Shown: positions 21,184 through 30,655, counted from the first letter of the stretch. The stretch: 64,000 bases of DNA from a virus (IMGVR_UViG_3300033757_000347); one strand, 5' to 3'. A program made the numbers and translations. The notes: generated by a model not told the origin, from the sequence alone.

Positions 21184-22126
21184 CGATCCAGGTAAGATAA
21201 ACTTTATAGTAGCCGTTCACGTTAACTTTGCAAACGTTCTAACCGGCGGAGTCGTTGCTATGCACCGGCTAGCTTACATGCTCGCAGAAAGAGGTCACAA
21301 CGTTTTCATGTTCACTCACCCAGAGTACCCCCATCCTAACATAAAGGTCATAAATTCGTGGAAGACTTCTACTCACGGGTTCGTTGAATTTTACGCTTGG
21401 GACCAGTTCAGCTTTCTTTACAAGAACACTGTCGTGATCTACCCGCAGATCGCTAGGGGAAACCCAGTTGGGGCTGCTCATGTTGTTAGGTGGCTCCTTT
21501 ACGACACTGAGAAGCTTCTCGAAGATGCGTACGGCGAAAACGATGTTTACGCAAACTTCGGAAACTTCAAGTCATACAGAAATGTTGAACACCTTCCTCT
21601 TACCACGTTCAACTATTACATGGACAAGCTTTACATCACCAACACAGGAAAGAGAAAGGGTTTTTGTCACATGTACCACAAGCACACCCCGCCAGGAGGA
21701 GAAAACTTGATAAACCAACTGTCGTCGATGGACCTTACCGGTTGGAAGACTCTTGGAAATTACGATTACTTGAGAGAGCACTTCAACCAATACGAATACA
21801 TGCTCACGTACGATCAGAAAAGTTTTTACACAGTTGCTGCTGGCCTGTGCGGGTGTAAGTCGATCATACTGAACCCTGGCCAATCTTACGAATTTGCTCC
21901 AAACGCTAACTCTGACTCCGAAGACTACAAGAAAATTCTCACCCCGGAAGAATACAGAGAAAGGAACCCAATCCAAAGGTACGGCGTTGCTTATGGGTTT
22001 GATGACATACATTGGGCAAACACAACGATAGGTCAGGTAACCGATCACATAAAGGAACTCGAAAGAAGGGACACCGAAACGGTTGATAACTTTGTGAAGT
22101 ATTGGGAAAATAAAATATTCGCATAA
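21167..22126 (+). CDS. Putative glycosyltransferase
   Basis: GGVVAMHRLA, VIYPQ, VRWLL, AGLCGC; located in the sugar cluster. Confidence 0.6.
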   Translation: MIELPNDPGKINFIVAVHVNFANVLTGGVVAMHRLAYMLAERGHNVFMFTHPEYPHPNIKVINSWKTSTHGFVEFYAWDQFSFLYKNTVVIYPQIARGNPVGAAHVVRWLLYDTEKLLEDAYGENDVYANFGNFKSYRNVEHLPLTTFNYYMDKLYITNTGKRKGFCHMYHKHTPPGGENLINQLSSMDLTGWKTLGNYDYLREHFNQYEYMLTYDQKSFYTVAAGLCGCKSIILNPGQSYEFAPNANSDSEDYKKILTPEEYRERNPIQRYGVAYGFDDIHWANTTIGQVTDHIKELERRDTETVDNFVKYWENKIFA

Positions 22127-22962
22127 TGGAGAACTTACACTTACTGCAGACCGGCCGAGGAACGTACTTCGACCGCAACATCAACATACTATCTTGGACA
22201 GACGATTCAAAGGTCATAGTCGGTCGATACTGTTCAATCGCTAGAGATTGCACTTTCCTGCTAAACGCAAATCACCGGCCTGACTGGGTTACCACTTCAA
22301 CTACTCTGTTAGGACCAGTGAGTCCGGAATTAGATGAGTATCTCAATCACACCCTAGGCCACAATTCTTCAAGAGGCGACATCATCATAGGGAACGACGT
22401 TTGGATAGGAACCAAATCTATCATCATGTCTGGAGTTAAGATAGGAGACGGCGCTGTGATAGCTGCAGGATCCGTTGTTTCAAAAGACGTAAAACCGTAC
22501 ACAGTGGTCGGCGGAAATCCAGCTCAGCTACTGTACACTAGATTCTCTTCAGAAGTGGTTGAAAAACTGATGCAGATAAAATGGTGGGACTGGTCAGACC
22601 GCCGAATAAAGGAACTGTCAAAGTTCATGTGGAGCGATGACATAATGGCTTTTATTGCTAGGGCAATGTACGACATGCAAGAAGTAAAGAAAGTCGAGAT
22701 ACTTTCTGTCGAAGACAACCGGAGAGTTTACTTTCAGAACGTGACTTCGAAACCGCTTAACTGCGAGGTTCGTTTTCAAAATCACGACAGCTCGCTAATT
22801 TACGCAGAACCCATGGTTCTTATTCCTGACATCGTTTATTTTTCGGAACAGTTTGATTCGTCAGAAGACCGCCGGTTTATGGTTTTAGACTTAGAAACCA
22901 GCGAAATTTTGAACGAAACCGAGGTTCAAAAGAAAGTAAAAGACGAAACACCTCTGTCCTAG
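22126..22962 (+). CDS. CatB/Vat-like hexapeptide O-acetyltransferase
   Basis: IGNDVWIG, GAVIAAGSVVSKDV, GGNPA, KWWDW. Confidence 0.85.
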   Translation: MENLHLLQTGRGTYFDRNINILSWTDDSKVIVGRYCSIARDCTFLLNANHRPDWVTTSTTLLGPVSPELDEYLNHTLGHNSSRGDIIIGNDVWIGTKSIIMSGVKIGDGAVIAAGSVVSKDVKPYTVVGGNPAQLLYTRFSSEVVEKLMQIKWWDWSDRRIKELSKFMWSDDIMAFIARAMYDMQEVKKVEILSVEDNRRVYFQNVTSKPLNCEVRFQNHDSSLIYAEPMVLIPDIVYFSEQFDSSEDRRFMVLDLETSEILNETEVQKKVKDETPLS

Positions 22963-22965
22963 AAG

Positions 22966-23151
22966 ATGGCAAAGTTGAAAATCAACAAGAAAGCACTCTA
23001 CAAGAAAACTCTTGAGCAAGCACTGGCTGACGAGAATTACGAGAGTGCAGCTGCTATAAGGGATCTACTACCAACTATTCCAGACGACGAGATAATAGAG
23101 GTAGACGACGAAGAAACACCTGAAAAAACAGACGAAGAAGAATGTGTCTAA
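22966..23151 (+). CDS. Small UVR-domain-like protein
   Basis: LEQALADENYESAAAIRD. Confidence 0.55.
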   Translation: MAKLKINKKALYKKTLEQALADENYESAAAIRDLLPTIPDDEIIEVDDEETPEKTDEEECV

Positions 23152-23858
23152 TTAAGAACCAAACACCGTACATTGGAAAGATCTTTCTGACCTTTGAAAA
23201 GTACCCGGAGCACAGCGGAAGAACTGTGCTGAACAAAATTCACATTAACCTTGGCTTCACTAAGTTAGTGAGTCGAATGAAGCCTAACATGACACCGAAC
23301 GGTAGAGGTTGGGACGTTGATCCTAAAAAGATCTTCGCGATCAATTCTCGAACCGGTTTGACAGTAAGAGATTACAGAGTTGATGACAAATTGCCAGAGT
23401 CAGAAGGCACTATCTACAATGCGTGCTTGAACCCGGATGGGATCCTAGTTGGGGACATCGAAGACGGATGGGACTATTTCAAAAACGGCTTGGTCTCTGT
23501 GCCTGGAACTCACCCAAGAGTAGCATGGTGCGAAGATACGTTCTCTTGGATCGGTTTTTCTCACAGAGCTGCTCAGAGTTTCACGATAGGAGACAAGCTA
23601 TTTGAGCCGGACTGGACCCCAACCGACGATGAGTTGAACGAGTACCAGAAGTACTACGTGAAGTACTTGAACGAGTTCGAAGAAGAGTACTCAGAATGGG
23701 AGAATAGCGATTCTCCGCACAAAGTACCTGAATCGGAAATGACGCTGAACGCATGGGCAGCTCAGTTCATCCCGTTTACTCTTCACGGAAGAGTTACAAT
23801 CGAAACGAAGGAACAGGCTCTAGAAGCAGCAACAAACTTTGCAACGTACGTAAGCTAA
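23142..23858 (+). CDS. Hypothetical protein
   Basis: 238-aa ORF. Confidence 0.65.
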   Translation: MCLIKNQTPYIGKIFLTFEKYPEHSGRTVLNKIHINLGFTKLVSRMKPNMTPNGRGWDVDPKKIFAINSRTGLTVRDYRVDDKLPESEGTIYNACLNPDGILVGDIEDGWDYFKNGLVSVPGTHPRVAWCEDTFSWIGFSHRAAQSFTIGDKLFEPDWTPTDDELNEYQKYYVKYLNEFEEEYSEWENSDSPHKVPESEMTLNAWAAQFIPFTLHGRVTIETKEQALEAATNFATYVS

Positions 23859-24115
23859 TGGGAGAAAAGAAAGGATCGGAACTAAAAGCTCTTCACGAAA
23901 AGCAAGAGTTTATCAGGACAGCTGAGGAATTCGCTGAGAAATTATTAATTGATCCTTACCAACCTGGAATAGTTCACCCTAACATAGGCGGAGATGACAT
24001 TCAGGAGATAGTAGACGACGTTCTATTCATAAGAGGATTTTCAGAAGTAACAGTAAAAATAATCAAGGGCACGGACGGATTGACAGTTTCAGCCGAAGTC
24101 CTTAACCGTAAGTAA
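23858..24115 (+). CDS. Hypothetical protein
   Basis: TAATG-coupled start MGEKK. Confidence 0.55.
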   Translation: MGEKKGSELKALHEKQEFIRTAEEFAEKLLIDPYQPGIVHPNIGGDDIQEIVDDVLFIRGFSEVTVKIIKGTDGLTVSAEVLNRK

Positions 24116-24116
24116 C

Positions 24117-24362
24117 ATGAAAAACATTTACAAGAGTGAAATATTCGGAGAGATGATGAGTCTGTCCGACGAAGACTTGGCTAGCATCGATTGCAAGTCT
24201 ATGGTCATAATGCAGGAAGTAAAAAGAGGCAGAGCTATCCAGGAACCGCGTCTGATTATGACCAGCACGGACGGAAAGCAAACGATAGTAGACGGTGTGA
24301 TCGTCAGACGGACCACGCTAGCTCAGATACGATCAAAAGTCGAAGAACAGCTGGTAAAATAA
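24117..24362 (+). CDS. Hypothetical protein
   Basis: 81-aa ORF. Confidence 0.5.
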   Translation: MKNIYKSEIFGEMMSLSDEDLASIDCKSMVIMQEVKRGRAIQEPRLIMTSTDGKQTIVDGVIVRRTTLAQIRSKVEEQLVK

Positions 24363-24372
24363 CGAAAAGAAA

Positions 24373-25227
24373 ATGAGAAAATTGTCCAAACAATTCAGGA
24401 TTAGGTTAAAAAAGTTCTGGTGGGACATGGTAAACTTCCCCGTATCCGTCGCATTTAGGGTACGGGGAATTTTCGGTTTTCCATCTTGGGAAAGAGGAGA
24501 AAGGATAGGTAGCGAATGGACTATCGTCGACGATGAAAATTTTGACGATACTGATAATTGGCGCATCCTAAACCAAAATGATTGGGGAAGCGCACGTCCT
24601 GACAACCTGTGCGTGTACGTTCCGACCAACGTTATCTGCGAAAACAGCATCGTCAGTCTGCAAACTATAAAGGAAACAGCAACCGGCAAAGGTTGGGAAG
24701 GAGAGGAAATCACAAGGGACTACACGTCTGGTTGGATAGAAACCAAGTATCGTTTACCTATGGAAGGAGTGTCAATGTTCAGGTCAAAATTTCGGTGTCA
24801 AAGAGACCTAGGTTCTTGGAAAGCTTACTGGTTGTTTAAGAACTACGGCAAACGGTACCAAGAAATAGACGGGTTTGAGATCTTTGCTCATTCCGAAAAG
24901 AACCTTAGCCAGTGGTCTTCTACTGTTCACTGGGGCCCATCCGGTGACAATAGAACGATGTACGGCCACCACGTAAAGCTAAATACTTCCGACTGGATAA
25001 TCATGGACATCATCGTTGACCAGAACAGAAAGAGAGTGAAGGTAAAGATCAACGGCGTGCTCGCGTACGTTACTGGAATTGGAGTTCCTGAAGCTTGCGA
25101 TGAAATGATCGCGATCTTTTCCGACAGCGCTTCCTTGCACGGAGGAAAGGTAACGATCGAACAGGTGGAAGCAAATCTGCCATACTTGATGCAGATCGAT
25201 TATTTTAGGTCGTACATAAAGGCTTGA
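24373..25227 (+). CDS. Glycoside hydrolase family 16-like protein
   Basis: YTSGWIET, WKAYWL, catalytic EIDGFE, MQIDYFRSY. Confidence 0.75.
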   Translation: MRKLSKQFRIRLKKFWWDMVNFPVSVAFRVRGIFGFPSWERGERIGSEWTIVDDENFDDTDNWRILNQNDWGSARPDNLCVYVPTNVICENSIVSLQTIKETATGKGWEGEEITRDYTSGWIETKYRLPMEGVSMFRSKFRCQRDLGSWKAYWLFKNYGKRYQEIDGFEIFAHSEKNLSQWSSTVHWGPSGDNRTMYGHHVKLNTSDWIIMDIIVDQNRKRVKVKINGVLAYVTGIGVPEACDEMIAIFSDSASLHGGKVTIEQVEANLPYLMQIDYFRSYIKA

Positions 25228-25259
25228 TAATTGGTACAATAATCCAAACACTTAATACC

Positions 25260-25547
25260 ATGGCAAAATTCAGAAAAGCTAAAGAAGCCGTCGAAAGCAG
25301 GTCGGACAAGATTAAGAAAGCCTTGACCGGCTTTTTAATGGAAGATTGTGGCATCGACGGTGATGTTATGACCAATCCATGCGGAGAGGTGGTCGTCAGA
25401 ACCGATGATTACATCAGCCCAACAGATTTGCAAAATATGCAGGAAAAAGCTAAGGAGCTTAACTGCTTCCTAGCAATTCGACCGTCAGTCGACGAAGATT
25501 ACGATTCGGTCGGAAAGGTCGACTTCATCTTCGATCCGCAGTACTAA
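25260..25547 (+). CDS. Hypothetical protein
   Basis: ORF MAKFRK... Confidence 0.55.
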   Translation: MAKFRKAKEAVESRSDKIKKALTGFLMEDCGIDGDVMTNPCGEVVVRTDDYISPTDLQNMQEKAKELNCFLAIRPSVDEDYDSVGKVDFIFDPQY

Positions 25548-25548
25548 A

Positions 25549-25761
25549 ATGGCAAAACAGAAAAAAGTAAAGGTCAGGCTTCTGGTTCCAGTCGATCTGG
25601 AAATAGAGCCTGACTATTGCTTGGAAGCATACGGTCAAACTGTAGAACAAGTAATACATGGAGTTCGAAGAGACTTAGCCGGTAAAACGTTTAGCACTAT
25701 GTCCGGTGGGTACTACCATGCCAAGAAAAAGTGCCGAATCAAAGATATTATCGTACAATAA
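25549..25761 (+). CDS. Hypothetical protein
   Basis: 70-aa ORF. Confidence 0.5.
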   Translation: MAKQKKVKVRLLVPVDLEIEPDYCLEAYGQTVEQVIHGVRRDLAGKTFSTMSGGYYHAKKKCRIKDIIVQ

Positions 25762-25783
25762 GCAATAATCAAAGTTGACAAAC

Positions 25784-27200
25784 ATGAACAACAATGCAAA
25801 GTTGAAATCTCTGACCCACAAGCTGGTTGAGCTGAAAAACAGCACCGATCACATGAAGGGTTTTCTGTTCCGGGACAACGGCGGTGACTACTTCATCAAA
25901 CCGATCGAAGTGTACAAAGGAACCGCTAAGGAAGCCGGAAAATTCTACCTACGCGAGGAACACGTGGAGTTTACGAACTTCTGCGAGAGTCCCAAGCTCA
26001 TGAAAGTGAGCATGAAGTCGTGGCACTACCGACTCATGAAGTACGTTCTTCGCAGCAATGTGCCTACCCCGCAGACGATGCAGAACGGTTGCCCGTATTT
26101 CTGGCTGCTTGTCTTCTCCATCCTGGTGGTTCCGTTCCTCTTCATCCTGCGTGGTTTTGGAACGTTCCTTCTGGGCTTCCCGTACCTTTTCTGGAAAGTT
26201 CTCGAGATGTTCGCTAACATAACGCTGCGAATCATGCCGGAAGAAAAAGCATACGACATCGACTATTACGGCAATCACTGGAACGGAAATTACAACGTTC
26301 CTGTCCTGGCAAAAGCACACTTTAAGCACACGCAGAACCGATTTTTACCGACCTTCATCAAGATAAGGTACGGAATCGATGAAGCTAAGGATCCTGAAGC
26401 TTACGCTAAGAAAGTAGAAGAGCTAAAGCGTATCAAGGAAGAGTGGGAAGAAAAAAGAAGGATCGAAAGCGCTGAGAAATCAGAGCAGAAGCGAATCGAA
26501 CGCGAACGTCAGGATCGCTTGTACTGGGAACGTGAGAGCAAGCGCAGAGCTCGTCAGGAACGCAATCGTTTGTTCTGGAAACCGTTCAACGATACCATGA
26601 ACAAGATCGGCACTAGCATCTCGAGCGCTATGACCTTTTGACTACAAAAAGAGTCCAATCATCAAACGCACCAAGCAGTTCATTGACTTGCTGGTTTCCA
26701 TGATCGTCCTGGCTCTAACAGTCTTCCTGGTAATGGGAGTTACTTACGTCATCATTGCAGCAGCGGACGGCGTAGCATACCTCTTCACCAACTTTGGAAT
26801 GTACATCTTGGGAGCGGTTCTAGCGCTTGCAGCTCTAGCAATCTTAGTAGCTATCGGGTACGTTATTTTCAACTGGATCCAGCACGTCATTGGCAAGTAC
26901 CAGATGGGAAAGAAAGTTTGGTACGTTCAGGGCTTCCTGTACGTTATCGGTTACCCGGTTAAGTACCTCATCCTTGGAATATTCTACCTGCTGTACTACA
27001 TACTGTTCGTTCCGCTTAAGTTCATCTTCTACACGTTCCTCTGGAAAATTATCTTGGTCAACCTTGGGATATTCCTTTGGGGCCTGTGCAGAGCAATTGG
27101 CGGCATCTTCGTAGGTAGTCTCGGAATCTTCGGAGAGTACTTCGGAGCAAGCAAGAAGGACTACTGCCCAGGTATCGAATGGACAGATACTGAAGACTAG
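25784..27200 (+). CDS. Membrane protein split by a +1 frameshift at 26636-26641
   Basis: ...AMTF then DYKKSPIIKRTKQFIDLLVSM in the +1 frame; both halves share a CP motif (NGCPYFW, DYCPGIEW). Confidence 0.6.
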
Positions 27201-27210
27201 AAAAAAATAA

Positions 27211-27243
27211 AAGTGCCCGGTTTCAAAAATCGGGCACTTTTTG
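27211..27243 (+). terminator. Intrinsic terminator
   Basis: AAGTGCCCG..CGGGCACTTTTT. Confidence 0.75.
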
Positions 27244-27283
27244 CGTGAAAAGGGTATATTAGCCGTAACAAACTTAAAACATT

Positions 27284-28000
27284 ATGTGGACAATAGCAAT
27301 TGCACTCTTTATCGGCCTTATCGTTGGAGGCTGCTTGTACGGAAAAAATTTCTGGGAAAAGCGAATCAACGTTCTTGGCATCTCAGCTGCACTCATGCTG
27401 GCGAGCTTATTAACTACTTCCTTTGTCTTCCGGCCTTCCTTGAAATTCACCGATAAGGTTATGGAGAGGAATTACGTAAAACCAATGTGGATAAGCGAGA
27501 AAGCCAAGGATTCAACTGGCTTCGTCATGGCTAAAGATTCTTCTTGGAGAATATCTGATCTCGAAGCTGAACAGTTAACAGCCAGAGGGATAATCACTGA
27601 CAGTGTCAAGACGGACACTGGCATCTTCATCAAAAAATCCTACAAGAAAGAAATTCTCATTCACTACATTCTCTTCTGGAACTCGGCTTACGACACCGCG
27701 ATCGGTTACGTTCAAGTGAAGGACAACAAGCTGGACGTGGACTATTGGACAGTTTCGTCAAACCTTAAGATCGTGCCCATTCCGGAAGGAGATACCGTTA
27801 GCAAGCCTCGGTTCGAGTCAATCGGCATAAAGTACGCTGACAATTTTAAGTGGGTGATAAGCGAATCCATTCCAGCTTGGGGAGACTACATGTGCCTCTA
27901 CCTTCCGCAAAAAGAATACGATGCTCTACCTGAAAACGTCAAAAGAACCTGCGCTTTCAAGGGAAGAGAAAGTTACCTTAAACAATTAGCAAGCAAGTAA
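27284..28000 (+). CDS. Membrane-anchored hypothetical protein
   Basis: Two N-terminal TM segments. Confidence 0.6.
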   Translation: MWTIAIALFIGLIVGGCLYGKNFWEKRINVLGISAALMLASLLTTSFVFRPSLKFTDKVMERNYVKPMWISEKAKDSTGFVMAKDSSWRISDLEAEQLTARGIITDSVKTDTGIFIKKSYKKEILIHYILFWNSAYDTAIGYVQVKDNKLDVDYWTVSSNLKIVPIPEGDTVSKPRFESIGIKYADNFKWVISESIPAWGDYMCLYLPQKEYDALPENVKRTCAFKGRESYLKQLASK

Positions 28001-28012
28001 GGAGGGCCAATC

Positions 28013-28345
28013 ATGAAAACGACAGTCATCAAAATTTTTCTACTGGCGATCATAGCTGTTCTCGCTTCGTCCATCGTGTCTACCAGCTGCTGTAGCGCAC
28101 CTTCAAAAACTCCAGAATTTAAGTACACCATCGAAGTAAAGTACCTCGACAACACAGTTGAAACGCTAGAAGTAGTATCTGAATTCGAACCTAGGTTGAC
28201 TAGCGGAGATGACGGGTCAGCGCCTTACGTTTACGTATCAAATAGCACTCAACCGTACAGATACATCACCGTTGCTACTTACGTGAAAACGGTAAAAGTC
28301 CTTAAGAAAACGGAAATTTCACAAACTTCAGTAAACTATAACTAA
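28013..28345 (+). CDS. Lipoprotein
   Basis: Signal peptide with STSC. Confidence 0.6.
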   Translation: MKTTVIKIFLLAIIAVLASSIVSTSCCSAPSKTPEFKYTIEVKYLDNTVETLEVVSEFEPRLTSGDDGSAPYVYVSNSTQPYRYITVATYVKTVKVLKKTEISQTSVNYN

Positions 28346-28346
28346 C

Positions 28347-28682
28347 ATGACTTACGTTGAAGTACTCTGGAAAAAGGAAGGCATCCACTGGAAACGGATG
28401 AAGACTATGATGACGAAGGAATTCAAAGGATCTACCAAGATCGCCGGTTTCTTCGTAGCTCTGATCCTCACGGTAGTTCACTACGCTTACGCTGGGATGC
28501 ACACGCTCTACGAAACAGCGTTATTCATCTTCAATCGGAAAGCCTTCAGAGCGAACCTCATGAAGCTTGAAATAAGCGTGACTCCTACTCGCGAGTTTAA
28601 AGTTGATGGAAAGAACGTTGACGAAGAAGTTCAAAAAGACCGCGAAAAATACCCAATTCTTAATCGAACTCTCGTTCAATAA
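28347..28682 (+). CDS. Membrane hypothetical protein
   Basis: 111-aa ORF. Confidence 0.55.
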   Translation: MTYVEVLWKKEGIHWKRMKTMMTKEFKGSTKIAGFFVALILTVVHYAYAGMHTLYETALFIFNRKAFRANLMKLEISVTPTREFKVDGKNVDEEVQKDREKYPILNRTLVQ

Positions 28683-28715
28683 GAAATAAAATAGAAACGC
28701 GCTCGCCCGCGGGAG

Positions 28716-28746
28716 ATGGACCGATAACCTCGGTCCATTTTTGTTT
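28716..28746 (+). terminator. Intrinsic terminator
   Basis: ATGGACCGA-TAACC-TCGGTCCAT plus T-tract. Confidence 0.7.
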
Positions 28747-28951
28747 GCCCAGATTTTTTCCTTTCGAGAAAAAGTTGTAATTTAGCTTCATCAATTATTT
28801 CAATAGAAATCAATCACTTGGAAAAAAGTTTGCAAAAAAGTTCCAAAAAAGTTGGCCAAACGTTGAAAAAAGTTGTAGAATAGTTTCACATCGACGAAAA
28901 CTTTTAAGAAGGTCGTGATAAATAAAACCGAACACTAACACAAAACAACAA

Positions 28952-29080
28952 ATGAAAAACCTACAGTTACATAAGGCGTATCGCAGTTCCCAACCAATAT
29001 CCCTCGAAGGCTTTATTGGAACATGGAATCCATCATGCGATGACGTAAGAATGGGCTCGGGTTTGCATAGGTTGAAGTGA
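28952..29080 (+). CDS. Putative attenuator leader peptide (42 aa, contains all 20 amino acids)
   Basis: MKNLQLHKAYRSSQPISLEGFIGTWNPSCDDVRMGSGLHRLK*; A-rich start context; GATAAATA at 28917. Confidence 0.8.
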   Translation: MKNLQLHKAYRSSQPISLEGFIGTWNPSCDDVRMGSGLHRLK

Positions 29081-29147
29081 AGGTAATTATCACAAAGAAA
29101 CTTGGAAAACCCGGGCCTTCAAAAAGAAAGTCCGGGTTTTTTGTTTT
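29053..29147 (+). promoter_or_regulatory. Antiterminator/terminator switch upstream of the tRNA array
   Basis: 29053-29064 GGGCTCGGGTTT pairs with 29107-29118 AAACCCGGGCCT. The alternative is the 29106-29120/29126-29140 hairpin followed by a T-tract. Confidence 0.8.
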
Positions 29148-29167
29148 AACAGTTCTTTAACATAAAC

Positions 29168-29283
29168 GCGCTCGTGACTGAGCGGATAAGCACCAGCCGA
29201 AATTGGTACACTGAACGGGCTTACAACCTTAACGTTCAGAAATTAAGCTGGAATCTACGGAGGTTCGAATCCTTCCGAGCGCA
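29168..29283 (+). ncRNA. tRNA-like RNA with an about 50-nt insertion in the anticodon loop
   Basis: Acceptor GCGCTCG/CGAGCGC, stem CCAGC/GCTGG, T arm GGAGG-TTCGAAT-CCTTC. Confidence 0.6.
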
Positions 29284-29385
29284 CAGTAAAGGTTCTTTGA
29301 CATCTTGGAAAATATTGGCACAAAGCTAGGCGGTCTACCGCCCGCCTAGCACAAGCACGGGGCCGTGACGGTGACCCGTGCAAAT

Positions 29386-29458
29386 GCGGAAGTAGCTCAA
29401 TTGGTAGAGCATTAGCCTTCCAAGCTAAGGGTTGCGGGTTCAAGCCCCGTTTTCCGCT
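29386..29458 (+). tRNA. tRNA-Gly(TCC)
   Basis: Cloverleaf; loop CT-TCC-AA. Confidence 0.9.
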
Positions 29459-29471
29459 CTCGAATTAAATT

Positions 29472-29555
29472 GTTCCAGTGGCCTGAGCGGCGAAAGGTCC
29501 GGGCTGTTAACCCGACGAGGCAACTCCACCGTAGGTTCGAGTCCTACCTGGAACG
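29472..29555 (+). tRNA. tRNA-Asn(GTT) with long variable arm
   Basis: Loop CT-GTT-AA; G73. Confidence 0.8.
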
Positions 29556-29610
29556 CACAGCTTCTCGCTTTTTCATTTGAGCTAAGATAAATAAAGATAA
29601 AAAGCATAAA

Positions 29611-30246
29611 ATGTTAAAGTGTAAAGTATGCGGAAAAGAATTTCAAACCACCCAATCTCTCGGCGGCCACGTAAGTTCGCATTTTCGTACGAAGACAGAA
29701 AAAATAACGTCAATAAAACAATGTAAATATTGCAATGGAATATTTGAAAATGGTTGGAAACTTGGAGCGCATATCATTAATTGTAAAGCTAATCCAAACA
29801 TAAAGCAAATCATCAAAAAACGAAGTCTTACTATGAAGGGGATAAAACCTTCAATTGAGACCAAGATAAAAATTAGCAATTCTTTGAAGTTAGCACATAA
29901 AGAAAATAGAGCATGGAATATAGGAAAGAGCCGTTGGAATAATGATCCTAGTTATCCAGAAACATTTTTCATGAAAGTTATTAAAAATGAATTCTTAGAC
30001 AAATCGTATGTTAGAGAATACTCGATTGGAAAATACTCTATTGATTTCGCATGGCCTCATAAGAAAATAGCCATCGAAATAGACGGACAACAACATCAGC
30101 GATTCAAAGAATACGTAGAACGCGATGCTAAAAAAGATGAATACTTAAAAAATCATGGATGGTTAGTATTACGACTAAATTGGGTAGACGTTTACAATGA
30201 TCCAAAACGATACATAAATGAAGCTAACTCTTTTGTTGGCTCATAA
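29611..30246 (+). mobile_element. DUF559/Vsr-like endonuclease with C2H2 finger
   Basis: IDFAW, IEIDGQQH, DAKKDEYL..HGWLVLR. Confidence 0.8.
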
Positions 30247-30254
30247 AAAATAAC

Positions 30255-30378
30255 GGGGGAAAACAAACAGACTGCTCTGTCGATTTTCTTCAGAAATGAT
30301 AGCAATGATTAGAGTTGCATCGGTAAACTTCAAACTTGAAACTTTGAAATGTTGGTTCGAATCCAGCTTCCCCCACCA
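30255..30378 (+). ncRNA. Y-like/tRNA chimera A (shared module replaces the D arm; acceptor stem and CCA intact)
   Basis: GGGGGAA/TTCCCCC-A-CCA; GCTCTGTCGATTTTCT..TAGCAATGATTAGAGTTGCATCG. Confidence 0.7.
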
Positions 30379-30412
30379 ATAACGTTCGTACCACGGTAAA
30401 AGGTACACACTC

Positions 30413-30532
30413 GGGGAAGAAATTCAAAACGCTCTGTCGAATTTCTTCTGAAAGGATAGCAAAGATTAGAGTTGCATCGGAAACAATCAAACTGTCAATT
30501 TGATCACGTGAGTTCGAATCTCACCTTCCCCG
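30413..30532 (+). ncRNA. Y-like/tRNA chimera B (Asp GTC anticodon arm; module replaces the D arm)
   Basis: GGGGAAG/CTTCCCC-G; ATCAAA-CTGTCAA-TTTGAT; T arm. Confidence 0.7.
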
Positions 30533-30573
30533 CATCTTCCGCACCCTCCAGGAAATCAAAAATAGAGGGAAAT

Positions 30574-30655
30574 GGGATGTTATTCCGTAGATGGTAGCGG
30601 GGCAGACTGTAAATCTGTTGTGAAAGCTCGGGTGGTTCGACTCCATCACATCCCA
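30574..30655 (+). tRNA. tRNA-Tyr(GTA)
   Basis: Loop CT-GTA-AA; long variable arm. Confidence 0.85.
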
